Shown: positions 21,551 to 36,470 of the stretch, piece after piece | Position numbering within the stretch: position 1 is the stretch's first letter | How the letters are laid out: each line of letters begins with the position of its first letter | Origin: Macrostomum lignano | Lineage: Eukaryota | Direction: 5' to 3' | Assembly (NCBI GenBank): GCA_002269645.1 | Contig: NIVC01002219.1 | Span: 62,001 to 126,000, forward strand | Length of the DNA stretch: 64,000 nt | The notes under the pieces: model-generated | Told to the model about the DNA's origin: nothing | The model's input: only the letters and a program-made list of their open reading frames with translations | The model's database searches: none | Position numbers and translations under genes: made by a program

Positions 21551-22903
21551 ATCTGAATCTAACGGTCAGCTGTGAAGTCAACTATTGCTATCACTTTGTG
21601 GTCATCGTAGCACTCAGTAATACTCGTATTTGGTTTTCTTACTATGAGGTACTTCTGGCTAGCTTTTCTGAGAACTGCTAACACAAGCTGAAAAAATGTA
21701 AATGTGGGATTGACGTGGTTAGGTTGAAGATAATATCGGGATGAAGTATGCGAAAGTTAGAAAAGCTGCTGGCAACTGCAGATGGCTTTGAATTGTGAGC
21801 GGCACAAGGGGCTTTCTAAGGGCGGGCTTGAGTGCAGGAAAAGAAATACAAAAGGCGGGCACAGACAAGACGCGTGAGTGAGATCCCGAGTGAATTTCAT
21901 AGGCTTTCCTATTCTAAAAAAGTACTGGGGAAAGATGACACGCCTGTCACCAAATCCAAAGGCGGAACGATACAGCGAAAAGAATTCATGAGGATAAGAA
22001 AGAATTGATGTGCATCAGACACACAGGAGCTGGTAATTCATGCAGCTGCGTCGAAGAAAATGTGCATCGATGCGTTTCTTTTAGCTCTTAACTGTTTTCC
22101 CAAAATTTCATGTCTCAACTCTAGAATTCTATCTTTATCCAGAATTTTGTGAAAAACTCGTCCTTACTTTTAAATTCGCTTTGTTATAAAGTCAAAGACC
22201 TCTTATCTGCGTATGTTTTAAACGCATTGGTCTTAATTTACTAAGATATTTTATCTAAGATATTTTATCTTCAAATCATTTTACTTCTTTAATATCCTTG
22301 TTATAGTCAATAGTTTCTGTGCTTCTTTAGAGCACCCTATTCCTCCTTGTCTTGTCCTTGTACAATGGTCCTTGGGTAAAAGCGAAATGACACAGCGAAA
22401 CAAATTCGAGGAGACAAGAGGGCAATTCATGTGTAGCAGTTATTGAAAATAATATTTATTCAACGCTTTTTCACTAAATTTCCCCCCTCTTCTCAGTAGA
22501 ATTAGCAGGAGTCAAAAATGAAATGAGTAAAACTTGTTTTTCCCTTTTACGTTTGCAATTTGTTATAAAGTGAAGGACCTCTTTGTCTGCAGGTAGAAAA
22601 TTTATTTGAAGGTTAAATATCGTTTCAATTGTTTTGCAATAGAAATTTTTGCAGATAATTAATCTTTTTAGGAATTTAATTGTCACTTCTTGGCAAAAAA
22701 GGAAACTTGGGAAGATTATGAACTTTATTAATATGCTCCGTTTTGTTAAACTTGTTTTTAAGCTCTTCGATGTTAATTATAAAAACAAAATGCATATTTT
22801 AGTCGAATATTTTAACCTATAACGTCTTTATTATATTACTAATTAGTTTCTTTTTCCTTTTTGTCGTTTTGGGTCGTCGTGAGACAACAGTTGTACACCA
22901 TAG

Positions 22904-23400
22904 GACAACCGGGAGAGAGTGGGATAAACGGTTCCGACAGCCTGGGTGGCCACACCCTCTTCACGCGATTCGGCGGCACCAACGGTCAGCCGGGCTCTAA
23001 CAGCCCCGCTAGCACCCCAAGCCATAGCAACCACGGCGGCTGCGGCGCCGGCTGGCTCGGCAGGGCCGTCAGCCCCAGACGGAGCTCCTCGGACGGAGAG
23101 AGAGGCGGCAGTCTAGCCGACGGCTGGGTCGGCGGCAGCGCCGGAAATGGCAGCGTCTGCAACGGAGGCTTCGGGGGAGGCGGCGGAGGCGGCAGCAGGA
23201 CCAGCTCAGTGAGAGGCACCGCGGGAGGCGGCGGCGGCTTCAGCGGTGGCGGAGCCGGACTGGGCTTCGGTCACATCGGCGGCGGCGGCTCCTTCTGCAG
23301 GGACGGCTGCGTGTTCGGCGGCACCTGGACCGGCGACCAGGGCTTCGTGTCGGTCCTGCTGGAGTCGGCCTCAGCCGCGTGTGACTCATCAGACACCTGA
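22904..23400 (+). pseudogene. Orphan last exon of the PAN/Gly-rich family (copy B)
   Basis: Open Gly-rich exon with acceptor CATAG|GA and TGA at 23398-23400. Exons 1-3 are absent upstream. Confidence 0.8.
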
Positions 23401-24289
23401 TGGCAGTGCAACCGCTTTTTGAAGCTGTTTGAAGCTTGGCCAGTCATATTTTTACTTGGATTGTCACTGATTGATGCTGCTTATTTTGGAACCTTGACGT
23501 ATTCAGAGTCGGTAAAAATAGGTGTAACAACTCTGATTAGTTGGCTATTCTAAATGTAATCAATACCTGCATCATTTTTGTTTGGGCGATAAAATTGTGA
23601 ATTCAAAACATTCATCCTTATACGCGCTCGTACTCGTACTGCTAGGAATGAGAACAGTGTTGAATTTCAGAGTTGAGTAACTCCAAATCTAACTACTTAC
23701 TGACTTGTCATCACTAGTAGTGTGTGCGCATTTTAAAATTCCATGAGCCAGGCGATCATCGTTGTGTCACCTTTACTCAACATTTGTTATTCTCAACCCA
23801 AAGGAAATTTTCTTCAATACGCTTTTTGCCTTTTCTGAAAGCACGTCAAGCTAAATTGCCATTGAACTGATTGTTGAATCTTTCCCATCTTTAAGCACAG
23901 AAAGCTCAAAAAATTCTCAATTCTCAATAATTAATAAATACTCAATGCACTCGTCTGTCTGCAACCGCAGGTACTTTTTCCTGCCATGGGTTGCCATGCT
24001 GTATTTGCTGGCTCAGAAATTAGTGTTACAGCTTAAGCTGTGTTTAAGCCTTAACTTTTGCAGCTCAGTGCGTTGATGGGAATGTTTTTTTATTCTTGGG
24101 TAAAAGGTTAGGACCGACAGACTCTAATGCAATACAGCCAAACTGAATGCTCAAAGCAAACTGCTGGGATTTGTTTGCCCACAGCAACAACCACGACGTG
24201 TAAAATAAATTACTCAGGGTTCAATATAAACTTCTGAAAGATGCATTGGGTCGCAGAGAGATGCAGGGACGTGGTAGAAACGCAGGGAG

Positions 24290-24800
24290 GTGTTGGGAGA
24301 TGCCAGAGAGGTGGTAGAGATGCAGGGAGGTGAAAGAGATATGCAGGGAGATAGTAGAGATGCAGGGAGATAGTAGAGATGCAGGGAGATAGTAGAGATG
24401 CAGGGAGATAGTAGAGATGCAGGGAGGTGAAAGAGATATGCAGGGAGATAGTAGAGATGCAGGGAGGTGAAAGAGATATGCAGGGAGATAGTAGAGATGC
24501 AGGGAGGTGACAGAGATATGCAGGGAGATAGTAGAGACGCAGGGAGGTGAAAGAGATATGCAGGGAGATAGTAGAGATGCAGGGAGGTGAAAGAGATATG
24601 CAGGGAGATAGTAGAGATGCAGGGAGGTGACAGAGATATGCAGGGAGATAGTAGAGACGCAGGGAGGTGAAAGAGATATGCAGGGAGATAGTAGAGATGC
24701 AGGGAGGTGAAAGAGATATGCAGGGAGATAGTAGAGATGCAGGGAGGTGAAAGAGATATGTGGGGAGATAGTAGAGATGCAGGGAGGTGAAAGAGATATG
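24290..24800. repeat. Compound minisatellite (19-bp GAGATGCAGGGAGATAGTA and ~40-bp higher-order unit)
   Basis: Read directly; a degenerate unexpanded relative is at about 32870-33010. Confidence 0.93.
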
Positions 24801-25103
24801 CAGTGATAGAATTCATACTTTCCTGCTACGGCTCTTGTAAATCACCCACCCACATGACCCTACATTGTCAAAGTGATCATTCAACTACTTCCAAATACTC
24901 AAGTAAACACACTTTTGAAGGGATAGATTCTGAGAGTCGTCAGTCAACCTTTTGTTTCGGAGCACATGTTAAAGATTTTACTGAGCATATACTGGGTATG
25001 TACTCATATAACACGACAACAAAACTACACAACACGTCTCAAATGGAAGAAGCCAGTCTTAAAAGCAAACATTATTTTCATCTGAAAACAAACCCTAAAC
25101 TCA

Positions 25104-26720
25104 ATGTTTATAAAAGCTGCTTGCTGCTCAGCCTTCTCCGATTGCGACCGACCTGGTGCAGGTCAGCGGCCGGAGTTCGAGACCCTCGCGCCTGCTCGGT
25201 AGAGTGCGCAGTGCGATCCAACTGCACCGCCGTGTTCAAGCGAGACGGCACCTGCTATCTGGCCACTGCCGCTCAGGTTTGACGCCTTTGGAAGAAAATT
25301 GACCATGATTTCATCAATTTGACTATTCATATTGGTAGTTAATTTGCTCATATTTACAGAGCCACTTTGCCCCTAGCATTTTCAGGTAAGTCTAAGGCTA
25401 TTTGTTTATTTATTTCAAAGTCACCACTCTACGAAATGAAATCGCACAATTGCCATCGGCATGCAAACTTCGCAGAGCTCTCTCGAATTCAGACAAGTCA
25501 TTTTACTCCTAGAAAAAAGTAAATCCAATATCAATTTTTGTATTCACTGCCAGCCGGATGTGTGTCAATTTCCTCACTTCAAATTTACTTTGTACGAGCT
25601 AGAACCTGGGTGGATACTGCAGTTGAAACTCGTGGAGCATTATCCAGTAATTTAGAGAAGTTATGCGAATTTCGTTTAGAGTCATTTGATCCCAGTCCAA
25701 ACCTAGGCTGGGCTTCATATCTGAGCGAAATTCAGGTCCGGTTGTGAAACTCAAACATAGAGTCTACATACACCAGCTGCTCTCTTTGTACAACCTGGGA
25801 GTTTGCACAGCGCGTTCAGCCTTTTGGGATCATCGCTTCGAAATGGACTATCATTCTTTTTACTGGCATTGATCGATCTTAGCTTTCTGATATTTTGCAT
25901 ATTCCTGTTTTCTGACAAAGTTGACGCCTTCATTAGCTACACTGCAGATTCGTTGTGCCCCTAGTTCGATTCCTGTTGCTAATTAGGAGCTACTGAACAC
26001 GACAAACTTGGCCTGCACATGTAGGTTGTTTTAAGATACACAGCCATGAGGGCCGAACTCCCCAAATTAGGAGCTACTGAGCACGACAAACTTGGCCTGC
26101 ACATGTAGGTTGTTGTAAGATACACAGCCATGAGGGCCGACCTCCCCAAATTAGGAGCTACTGAGCACGACACACTTGGCCTGCACATGTAGGTTGTTGT
26201 AAGATTCACAGCCATGAGGGCCGACCTCCCCAAATTAGGAGCTACTGAGCACGACACACTTGGCCTGCACATGTAGGTTGTTGTAAGATTCACAGCCATG
26301 ACGGCCGACCTCCCCAAGGCACAGACAGTGTTCATGCCTGCCGATTAGAAAGTCAGGATTGCTGTACACTCTGTGTGAGTATGTTTATGAGTATTGGCGC
26401 GCTTATGTGCTCAGAAGTCAGAGGAATGGGTAACTTTAAGCGAAAATACAACAGAGAGATCTGGCGCGCATGAGCACTGTGCAGACAGCTACAATGGGCT
26501 AAAATGAACATTTTATTATGTTTTTTGCGGCACGAGTTTGCGTATAACTAAACATTCTCGAAACGTCTTGTTTCCCTGTTTCCTTCGTTGGGAAATGAGA
26601 TCGCAAAAACAAATTTACTGAATCATAATGCCTGATTTGCTCTAAAGCCAGACGGCACCTGCTATCTGGCCACTGCCGCTCAGTATTTGGCGCTGTGGAG
26701 ACCCCTGGACTGCGTCAGCA
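25104..26720 (+). pseudogene. Two broken PAN-family fragments (25104-25276 and 26650-26720)
   Basis: The first keeps ATGTTTATAAAAG.. as in 39597 but has an internal deletion and frameshift. The second is only the end of exon 1. Confidence 0.8.
25982..26318. repeat. 84-bp tandem repeat, about 4 copies
   Basis: AATTAGGAGCTACTGAGCACGAC... recurs; 28-aa period in ORF 25979-26335. Confidence 0.93.
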
Positions 26721-27452
26721 TGTTCTCTGCGATGCTTTCAAGAGAAAAATCTTTGATATAAGGTTCATCGTTTTGATGTTTAATTGAATATTGGTAGGTT
26801 ATCTGCTCATATTAACAGTGGCACATTTCTAGGTAATGCAGGAGAGGCGGGTATTCCTTACCTACAAAAAGTACTTTAAATGTCTGTCCTTTTGTTGAAA
26901 TCCATTTTTATTGTTCAATCATCGAACGGACCAGTTAGAAAAAGTAGCATAATGGCCAGCTTAAGTGCATAAATAATTCACTTCAAGTTCGACACATTCA
27001 ATTTAGTGGCGACCAACCAACTCAGAGTTACTAAAAGACCAAGTCAGGTGCATCAAATAGTCATTTCAAGTAGCAGAATCTGGGCTTCTGAGTATTTCTC
27101 TTCCGCCTAGGAATAACGAACACGGAGGTGCCAGTCTGTCATCGTTTAATTTGCACTTGACTCGGCTATTTAATTGCAGGTAAACTGAATTATATGCTTT
27201 CAGGGCTTTCTCCAATTTAGCTGCAGCCCGACGTTTGTCAATTCCCACACTCTAAATTTACTTTGTAGAACCTGACCTGTACACTGCAGTTGACCACGCA
27301 GTTTTATCCGCAAATGTAGGGAGAAAATGGTGCAAATTTTTCTGTCAGTTATTTGACTGAAAACCAAGGTTAGGGTTCATTATTTGACCAAAATTCAGAT
27401 CCGGTTCCGAAACTCAAATAACAAATCTCCGTTTAGCAGCAACTTTACTTTT

Positions 27453-28355
<903 letters not shown>

Positions 28356-29716
28356 GAGTGAAATTAGTCTGTAGTACAAAATTTGCAATAGCTCGTAATA
28401 AGCCCAGATGTTTGTAAGCCATACGTATAGGTTCATATAAAATCTACACTTAAAATATCCGAATTTAAATGGGCGCTCAAAAGTTTTCGTTTTTATGCTT
28501 TAAAAATATATGAATTGAACAATTGTAGACCAAAAATCCTCCAAAAGCAGATTATTTCTTATATTTGATATCAATCAATAAAAATCCAGGAATATCCGTC
28601 ACAAGGCAGAATGTCTGAAAAATTTGGCTGTTCCTACTGAAATTGAATTTCATCATTTGAAGTGAGCATCTCAGAAGATTCTAACTGGATTCCTAAAAAT
28701 CCAGGCTCATGTGCAGTTGCTGAGATGCCAATGCCAATCAATAGATCGATTCGATGAGAGCTCGCGTACATGTGGCCAGACTGAACTGCTAATGCAGCGA
28801 CATGGGTTCGAATTTTGAGTGCAAATGTTTTCATTTAAAGCTTTTATAATGTGACGAAATCTCAAGAAAAGAAGAAACATAATACAAGTGACATATAATG
28901 CATAAAAGAAACGTCTAACAACCATAAAAGAATATAGAATTGCCTCTTTTTTAGGGCCATCTAACTCTGCTGCCCACACTTGCATCATTTTAGCATCTAT
29001 ATTATTGCCTGAAGATGCCGATTGTTCGGCGAAACATGTCGCGCAAAGATGAATAAAATTGTAATTTAGTAATTTTGAAGGAGGAACAAAGCGAATGTTC
29101 GTTTTTGCTTTCGTTCTCCTGGCTTTTGTCAAACCATAAAAAAGTCACCTCAAACATCAAAGAAACGCCATACCAATGCTCACTGGGGAGATGCTGAGAT
29201 GCTAGTGATGATGATTTGACGATGCAAAGCTTTTAGCAGGTAAAACTAAGAAAGCTATAATACGAGCGTAGTATACTATACGTTGTGTGAACACTGTTTG
29301 AAGTTTTAAAGCATTTTTGTCAAAGATAAAGTAAAAATATTTTCAATATAAACTCTGAGTAGATAGAGGCAGCAATGTCTTTGATCTCAGGAGAAAACTC
29401 CGAAACAAAGGAACTCAAGCAAGGCAGCACGCCCCCAGACTTATCGACTAAAATGAAGCGCATGAGAGCCAAGAAGACTGCTCTCTACGATTGGCTGCGA
29501 TCCCGCCTTTCAAAGGCTTTCTCCCCTGTCCCAACGGAATTGCCATCCGACAGCAGCTCATAGAAACCCGGTCGCAAACGCATTACTGCAATATACATTT
29601 TTTGCAGTTGCCAAACCACTAAAGATTTGGCCAAAGAACTTTTGAAGTGTACCGTGGTTCAATTAGAATCACAAGAAATTGAAAGCTAAAATAACCTTAC
29701 TAAGCTCAGCAACGCC

Positions 29717-31219
29717 ATGTCTGAGCAATGCTTGTCATTAAAACTTGCTTTTCTATTCGGTAAGTGACTAGAATGCAGCTCCCACAATACTCGTATTTAA
29801 GACTGCCTAGATTAATCCTTTTGATTGCACTCTGTTTTATACTGACTTCATTGCCCAAACGCAGTTTGCTGCTCTCTCGTGCTTCGAGTACAAGGTGCCA
29901 GTTCGCGGACCTATTCTGTGTGCTCAGAGCAGCAGCTTCACATGCTGGAAGCCGTTCTGAACGCCTACAACAACGTCACGACAACAACTAAGGCCACTAC
30001 TGCAATCGACTGTCTAGCAAAGTGTCAGAGGGTGAGCTGCAGCGCTGCCGTCTCTGTGGAGAGCAATGCCATGTGCGAGATGGTCACCATAACAACCGCC
30101 AAGCGGTCAATCTCAGCAAATCAGGTGCAGCGAGTCATCGGATCTCAGGTCGGTGCGAAGGTGTGGAAGGCGGACGACAGCGACTGGCCTTCGCCTGCAG
30201 TGCAGCTTCGGAGTGAGTCATCAATGCATTGTTGTGGATTGGCTAGCAAAGACCGAAATTGCACTCACTCCAGTTTTGTAACTCGCTGACGCTGTTCCAT
30301 TGCAGACAGCAGCACAGGTAGAAACGGCTCAATCCAAAGCGTCCTCATCAACACGACCGGCTGCTACCTGATCAAAGCTGCCGGTGCCAGAGGTGGCGAC
30401 AACTTACTGAACAACACATCCGGAGGCCAGGGAGCCCAGGTGAGCGCCAGAGTCAACCTGACAGCCGGCACCCAGCTGAGCATCGTTGTGGGCCAGATGG
30501 GCGGCTCGACCTCCTTGGAATTTGAAGGACGCGGCGGAGGCGGCGGCAGCTTCGTGTACCGGACGGGCGACCGGCTGCTGCTGCTGGCTGCCGGTGGAGG
30601 CGGTGGAGCTTCCTGGAATAGAAATGGTGAGCTGAGTGGCTGCAGTTGCTTATATTGTAAATTATGAGAATGCACGACCATTTGGATCAGCAGCTTGATT
30701 GATTTCCCCGCAGGAAAACCGGGAGAGACTGGGATAAGCGGTTCCGACAGCCGTGGGAACTTATTTCAAAATACGGGATTCGGCGGCACCAACGGTCAGC
30801 CGGGCTACAACAACCCCGCTAGCACCCCAAGCGATAACAACCACGGCGGCTGTGGCGCCGGCTGGCTCGGCAGGGCCGTCAGCCCCAGACGGAGCTCCTC
30901 GGACGGAGAGAGAGGCGGCAGTCTGGCCGACGGCTGGGTCGGCGGCAGCGCCGGAAACGGCAGCGTCGGCGATGGAGGCTTCGGCGGAGGTGGCGGAGGC
31001 GGCGGAGGCGGCAGCAGGACCAGCTCACTGAGAGGCACCTCTGGAGCTGGCGGAGGCTTCAGCGGTGGCGGAGCCGGACTGAGCTTCGGCCATATCGGCG
31101 GTGGCGGCGGCTCCTTCTGCAGGGGCGGCTGCGTGTTCGGCGGCACCTGGACCGGCGACCAGGGCTTCGTGTCCGTCTTGCTGGAGTCAGCCTCAGCCGC
31201 CTGCGACTCAGCCACCTGA
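29717..31219 (+). CDS. Secreted PAN + ALK/LTK-like glycine-rich protein, copy C, intact, 405 aa
   Basis: Exons 29717-29759, 29865-30212, 30306-30626, 30714-31219 join to an open 1218-nt frame. Signal MSEQCLSLKLAFLFVCCSLVLRVQG, PAN-like DCLAKCQRVSC..C, then GCYLIKAAGARGG / VVGQMG / LLAAGGGGG / GGFGGGG / GGGFSGG motifs. No TM segment. Confidence 0.9.
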
Positions 31220-31382
31220 TGGCACTGCAACCACCGGATTAAGCTTGGCCACTAGTGTTTTAACCTGGACGGTCACTGATTAATAGCTGCTTAGTCTTGT
31301 GAACATTGACGTTTGTTTTCTGGGACAAAAAGCTCAGTTCTATGAAAGAAATAGCAGGGAAACAACAGGTAAGAGGACTTTT

Positions 31383-31750
31383 AGTCGGTAGAAATTCATT
31401 TGAAGTCGGTAGAAATTCACTTGAAGTCGGTAGAAATTCATTTGAAGTCGGTAGAAATTCACTTGAAGTCGGTAGAAATTCACTTGAAGTCGGTAGAAAT
31501 TCAGTTGAAGTCGGTAGAAATTCACTTGAAGTCGGTAGAAATTCATTTGAAGTCGGTAGAAATTCATTTGAAGTCGGTAGAAATTTACTTGAAGTCGGTA
31601 GAAATTCACTTGAAGTCGGTAGAAATTCATTTGAAGTCGGTAGAAATTCACTTGAAGTCGGTAGAAATTCACTTGAAGTCGGTAGAAATTCACTTGAAGT
31701 CGGTAGAAATTCACTTGAAGTCGGTAAAAATTCATTTGAAGTCGGTAAAA
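31383..31750. repeat. 21-bp minisatellite GAAGTCGGTAGAAATTCACTT, about 17 copies
   Basis: Read directly; absent from the paralogous downstream regions of copies A and D. Confidence 0.97.
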
Positions 31751-33926
31751 TAGGTCGGTCGTAAGCGAAATGATTCTGATTTTCTCGCTTCAATCTAATT
31801 TTGCGAAATTATGAATTTCAAAATATTCGCACTATACTGCTTTGAATGAGAACAATGTGAGTAGTGCTGGACTTCATAACTCTAAATCTAACTACTCACT
31901 AACTTCTCATCACGATGTAGTGCGTGCGCACTTTAAAGTCTGTAGCTTGAAACCCCGGGAATTAACTGTTGTGTTCTCAAACTACTTCTTCATACTTAAT
32001 CGAAATTTTTCTTTAATACACTTTTTGCTGTTCCTTTGTTGAATTAAACTGCTATTTAACTGATTCTGGAATCCTTCATTGCTATTGATTTTGCACTCGG
32101 ACAACTCAAGTAGTTCTTAGTTCTGGGTAATTAATAAATACTCAACGCAATCGTCTGTCCAAAGCCGCTCGTCTTTTTTTCCTGCCAGAGAATTTCTGGA
32201 GGTTTTTTTAGACGAGCGGAACAGATTTTTGTGCTCAGCTGTCTTTCAGTGTCTGCTTTCGGTGAATGAGTTGCAAGGCTTCAAACTTGTTCAGAAGGTC
32301 ACAAAACTTGTAAACGGTAGCAGCAATTTCCCTATGGAGACGAATCCTGGAGTTGCCATGCTGTACCTTCTGGCTCGGAAATTCGTGGTGCATACGCTTA
32401 GTTTCAACTGCTGTAGCTCAGTGCGTTGATGCGCTTTTTAATTACTTAGGGATAATGTTTGAGCCGACAGAGATTGCTTATGTAATCCACTTTGCTTGTG
32501 CGCCTCGTCTATTCCCCCAGTGTTGAATTCGCGGAGATAATCAGTAGCGTAACTCCGCTACCATAGACAAAGCAACGCTTTGCTTCGTGCCATACATGGC
32601 TAGCGGAGATAACTCATTATCTCCGGCGGAGATAAGGAGTTATATTCGGGTCGCACATGCCAGCCGTGGATTACATACAAAGAATCGCCTGATACTAGGA
32701 GATAAGCCATAGACAGAATCTCCTCGTATCAGGCGATTCTTGTTTATGCAATGCACCCGATTAAAATGCTCAAAGCAAACTGCTTGGGTTAGCTTTCCTG
32801 CAGCAACCGTCATGACAGGTAAAAGAAATTACTCAGGGTTTAGTATAAGCTTCTGGTAGATGCTGCAAGGTTGCAGAGATGCAGAGAGGTTGCAGTGATG
32901 CAGGGAGGTGGCAGAGATGCTGAAATGTCGTAAAGAAGCAGAGGGGTGTCGGAGATGCAGTGAGGTTCCGGAGATGCAGGGAGGTGTCGAAGATGCAGGG
33001 AGGTTCTGGAGATGTAAGAATCTGGTAGTCACCGATGAAGTCGGAGTAGAAGAAGGCGAGACAGAGATTGTGGAAGAAAGTTGATGCAATTGCAAACATT
33101 TGTCACTATTTATGAAGAATGAAAAATGTATTGTGCATCGTGCCCTGGCTGAAATCCGAGATCCGACTCAGTGCAGTTGAAACGGTATATGAATGCTCTG
33201 AGGTTTGACAAAACGAGCCTGTTCTAGTCAAGCATTTACTAACTGTTTGTATTATAAAGTACTTAATTGCATAAAGTTCCCCAGTTGGCTCTAACCGAGG
33301 TTCAGTCCCTGATGGAGTTTTCACAAGCAACAGAATTGGGACTGGGATTCTTGGGCTAAACAGGAATTGGGGCGCTCGCATCGTGGGAGCCGCTCGCTGC
33401 TTTCCTGCAGGCGCTTGTCTGAAACCGGCAAGATTGGAGCGACATCACGAGTGTTTGGGAAACTGCAGGTGGGCGACAGTCAACTCTGAGCACAGGGTCA
33501 GCAGCAGTCAGAATCTTCGAGTGGATAGGACCGATAACAGCTGGCAATTCACGATTTTGCATTCCTGCCACGGCTTCTGTAAGTCAGTCATCACTCACCC
33601 ACATAACCTTATATTGTCAAAGTCATCATTCCACAGTTTCCAAATACTCAAGTACACACTATTGAAGGGGTTGGTGCTGTGAGCTGCTGTGAGGTGCTCT
33701 GAGCAGTGCTTTCTACATTCCCAAAGCATATAAGTTGAGCAGGCCAACAACAGTCAATCATCCATTCATAAGAACGGCAGTAGGTGAGGCCAACAAAGGC
33801 CCAAGAGCTGTATAAAAATGTTGCGGATTAGCTTGAAACTCAGAAGACAAGATAACCCGATTCGAGCTAGCTCCAAAACTGAAGCAAACCACTTCATCCG
33901 TACTTAGGAAGCTGGAACCCCTTGCA

Positions 33927-35779
33927 ATGGTGAATCAAGTTTTTCTGTTGAAACTTCTTTTCGGTAAGTTACCCCGACTGCAACCGCGTCATCTTGATGT
34001 CTTCTAACTGATAGAATGAAGCTTAGGACCAGAGGCGTAACGCTTGCTTGTTTCTATTCAATCAACTCTAAATAAACCACGAATCTCTAATCTCTAGCAA
34101 GCGTCAATTCATAAGGAGCGGCCCATAAAAACAGTAGCTAGCAACAAGCACACTCTGCTTCCCGCCTTCGAGCAAGCATACAAATGATTTGAGGACAGGT
34201 AAAGTAGCTGTCTCTCAAGTTGTTTGTACAATAAACATCGCAGGAGATTCGATGCTGACAATTAAGCTAACGCTGCTAGCATGACAGATATTTTTGTCTT
34301 TGCAATTACGTTTCATAATTAGTAAAGGACTTTAATCCTGACTTAAATACGTACCGCTGCTCACATTTATTTAATGCATGATATTTATTACGGACTGCGC
34401 ACTGCCCAACGCAGTTTGCTGCTCTCTCGTGCTTCGAGTACAAGGCGACAGTTCGCGGACCTATTCTGTGTGCTCAGAGCAGCAGCTTCACATGCTGGAA
34501 GCCGTTCTGAACGCCTACAACAACGTCACGACTACAACCAAGGCTATTAATGTAATCGACTGTCTAGCAAAGTGCCAGAGGGTGAACTGCAGCGCTGCCG
34601 TCTCTGTGGAGAGCAATGCCACGTGCGAGATTGTCGTCGCCATAACAACCACCAAGCTGTCAATCTCAGCAGATCAGGTGCAGCAAGTCATCGGATCTCA
34701 GGTCGGTGCGAAGGTGTGGAAAGCGGACGACAGCGACTGGCCTTCGCCTGCAGTGCAGCTTCTGAGTGAGTCATCAATGCCTAGTCTTAGTTGTGGGTTG
34801 TGGACATGATTTTGGCCCACAAATTGCACTCACTCCAGTTTTGTAACTCGCTGACGCTGCTCCGTTGCAGACAGCAGCACAGGTAGAAACGGCTCAATCC
34901 AAAGCGTCCTCATCAACACGACCGGCTGCTACCTGATCAAAGCTGCCGGCGCCAGAGGTGGAGGAAACTTACTGACGAACAAAGCCGGAGGCCAGGGAGC
35001 CCAGGTGAGCACCAGAGTCAACCTGACAGCCGGCACCCAGCTGAGCATCGTTGTGGGTCAGATGGGCGGCTCGACGTCGTTGGATATCGAAGGAGGCGGC
35101 GGAGGCGGCGGCAGCTTCGTGTACCGGACGGTCGACCGGCTGCTGCTGCTGGCTGCCGGTGGAGGCGGCGGAGCTTCCAGCTTTAAAAATGGTGAGCTCA
35201 GTAGCTGCAGTTGCTAGAAATTGTAAAATATGATAAGCAAAAAGCACTCGGATAAGCAGTTTGGCTGATTTCACTGCAGGAAAACCAGGAGAGACTGGGA
35301 TAAACGGTTCCGACAGCCTGGGTGGCTACGCCCCCTTCACGGGATTCGGCGGCACCAACGGTCAGCCGGGCTACAACAATCCCGCTGACACCCCAAGCGA
35401 TAGCAACCACGGCGGCTGCGGCGCCGGCTGGCTCGGCAGGGCCGTCAGCCCCAGACGGAGCTCCTCGGACGGAGAGAGAGGCGGCAGTCTGGCCGACGGC
35501 TGGGTCGGCGGCAGCGCCGGAGACGGCAGCGTCTGCGACGGAGGCTTCGGAGGAGGCGGCGGAGGCGGCGGAGGCGGCAGCAGGACCAGCTCAGTAAGAG
35601 GCGCCCCTGGAGCTGGCGGAGGCTTCAGCGGTGGCGGAGCCGGACTGGGCTACGGCCACATCGGCGGCGGCGGTGGCTCCTTCTGCAGGGGCGGCTGTGT
35701 GTTCGGCGGCACCTGGACCGGCGACCAGGGCTTCGTGTCCGTGCTTCTGGAGTCGGCCGCCTGCGACTCGGGCACCTGA
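33927..35779 (+). CDS. Secreted PAN + ALK/LTK-like glycine-rich protein, copy D, intact, 402 aa
   Basis: Exons 33927-33963, 34415-34765, 34871-35191, 35280-35779 give a 1209-nt open frame. Exon 1 and intron 1 are diverged (MVNQVFLLKLLF). Confidence 0.87.
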
Positions 35780-36470
35780 TGCCACTGCAACCGCTTGTTG
35801 AAGTGGGGATTGGCCAGTAATACTTTAACTCTGACGGTCACTGTTTAGGATATTCACAACCCTTAATCTGACTTTTTCGCTCTTCTATATGTAATCAATA
35901 TATACATTATGCTGTTAAACCAATTAATCAGTTTCAATACCTTAATTCGCAGAACTTTGAATTAAAAAATGTTCGCACAATACTACTGCTTGGAATGAGA
36001 ACATTGTCACTAGTGCTGGACTTCAGAGTTGAGTTACATGTAAGTGTAACTACTCACCAACTTCTCATCACTAGTAGATTATGCGCATTTTAAAGTGCAT
36101 AGCTTGAAACCCAAGCGATTTCAAGGCGAATCGTTGTGACTTTCACTCAAGACTTGTTATATTTCTGATCAGCTTCGCTTACATGCTTAGAAACCATTTT
36201 GCTGTTTTCTTCCTGAAATCACGTCAAACTGAACTGTTATTTAACTGATTCTTGAATCTTTAACTGCTACTGACTTTGCACTCAGACAACTCAAAAGGTT
36301 TTCAATTCCGGCTAATTACGAACTAATAAATACTGAAAGCACTCGGATGTCCCATGCAAGCCGCTCGTCTTTTTTCCCTACCAGAGGATTGCTGGAGGTT
36401 TTTTGGACGAGCGGAATAAATCTGTGTGCTCAGCTGTCTTTCAGTGCCTGCTTTTGGCCTATTGCATTTC

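Noticed and set aside
25243-26683. 34-bp direct repeat flanking 1.37 kb as a giant TSD
   Set aside because: Much of the enclosed DNA matches the upstream region of another PAN gene (19990-20560), so two truncated tandem paralogs explain it.
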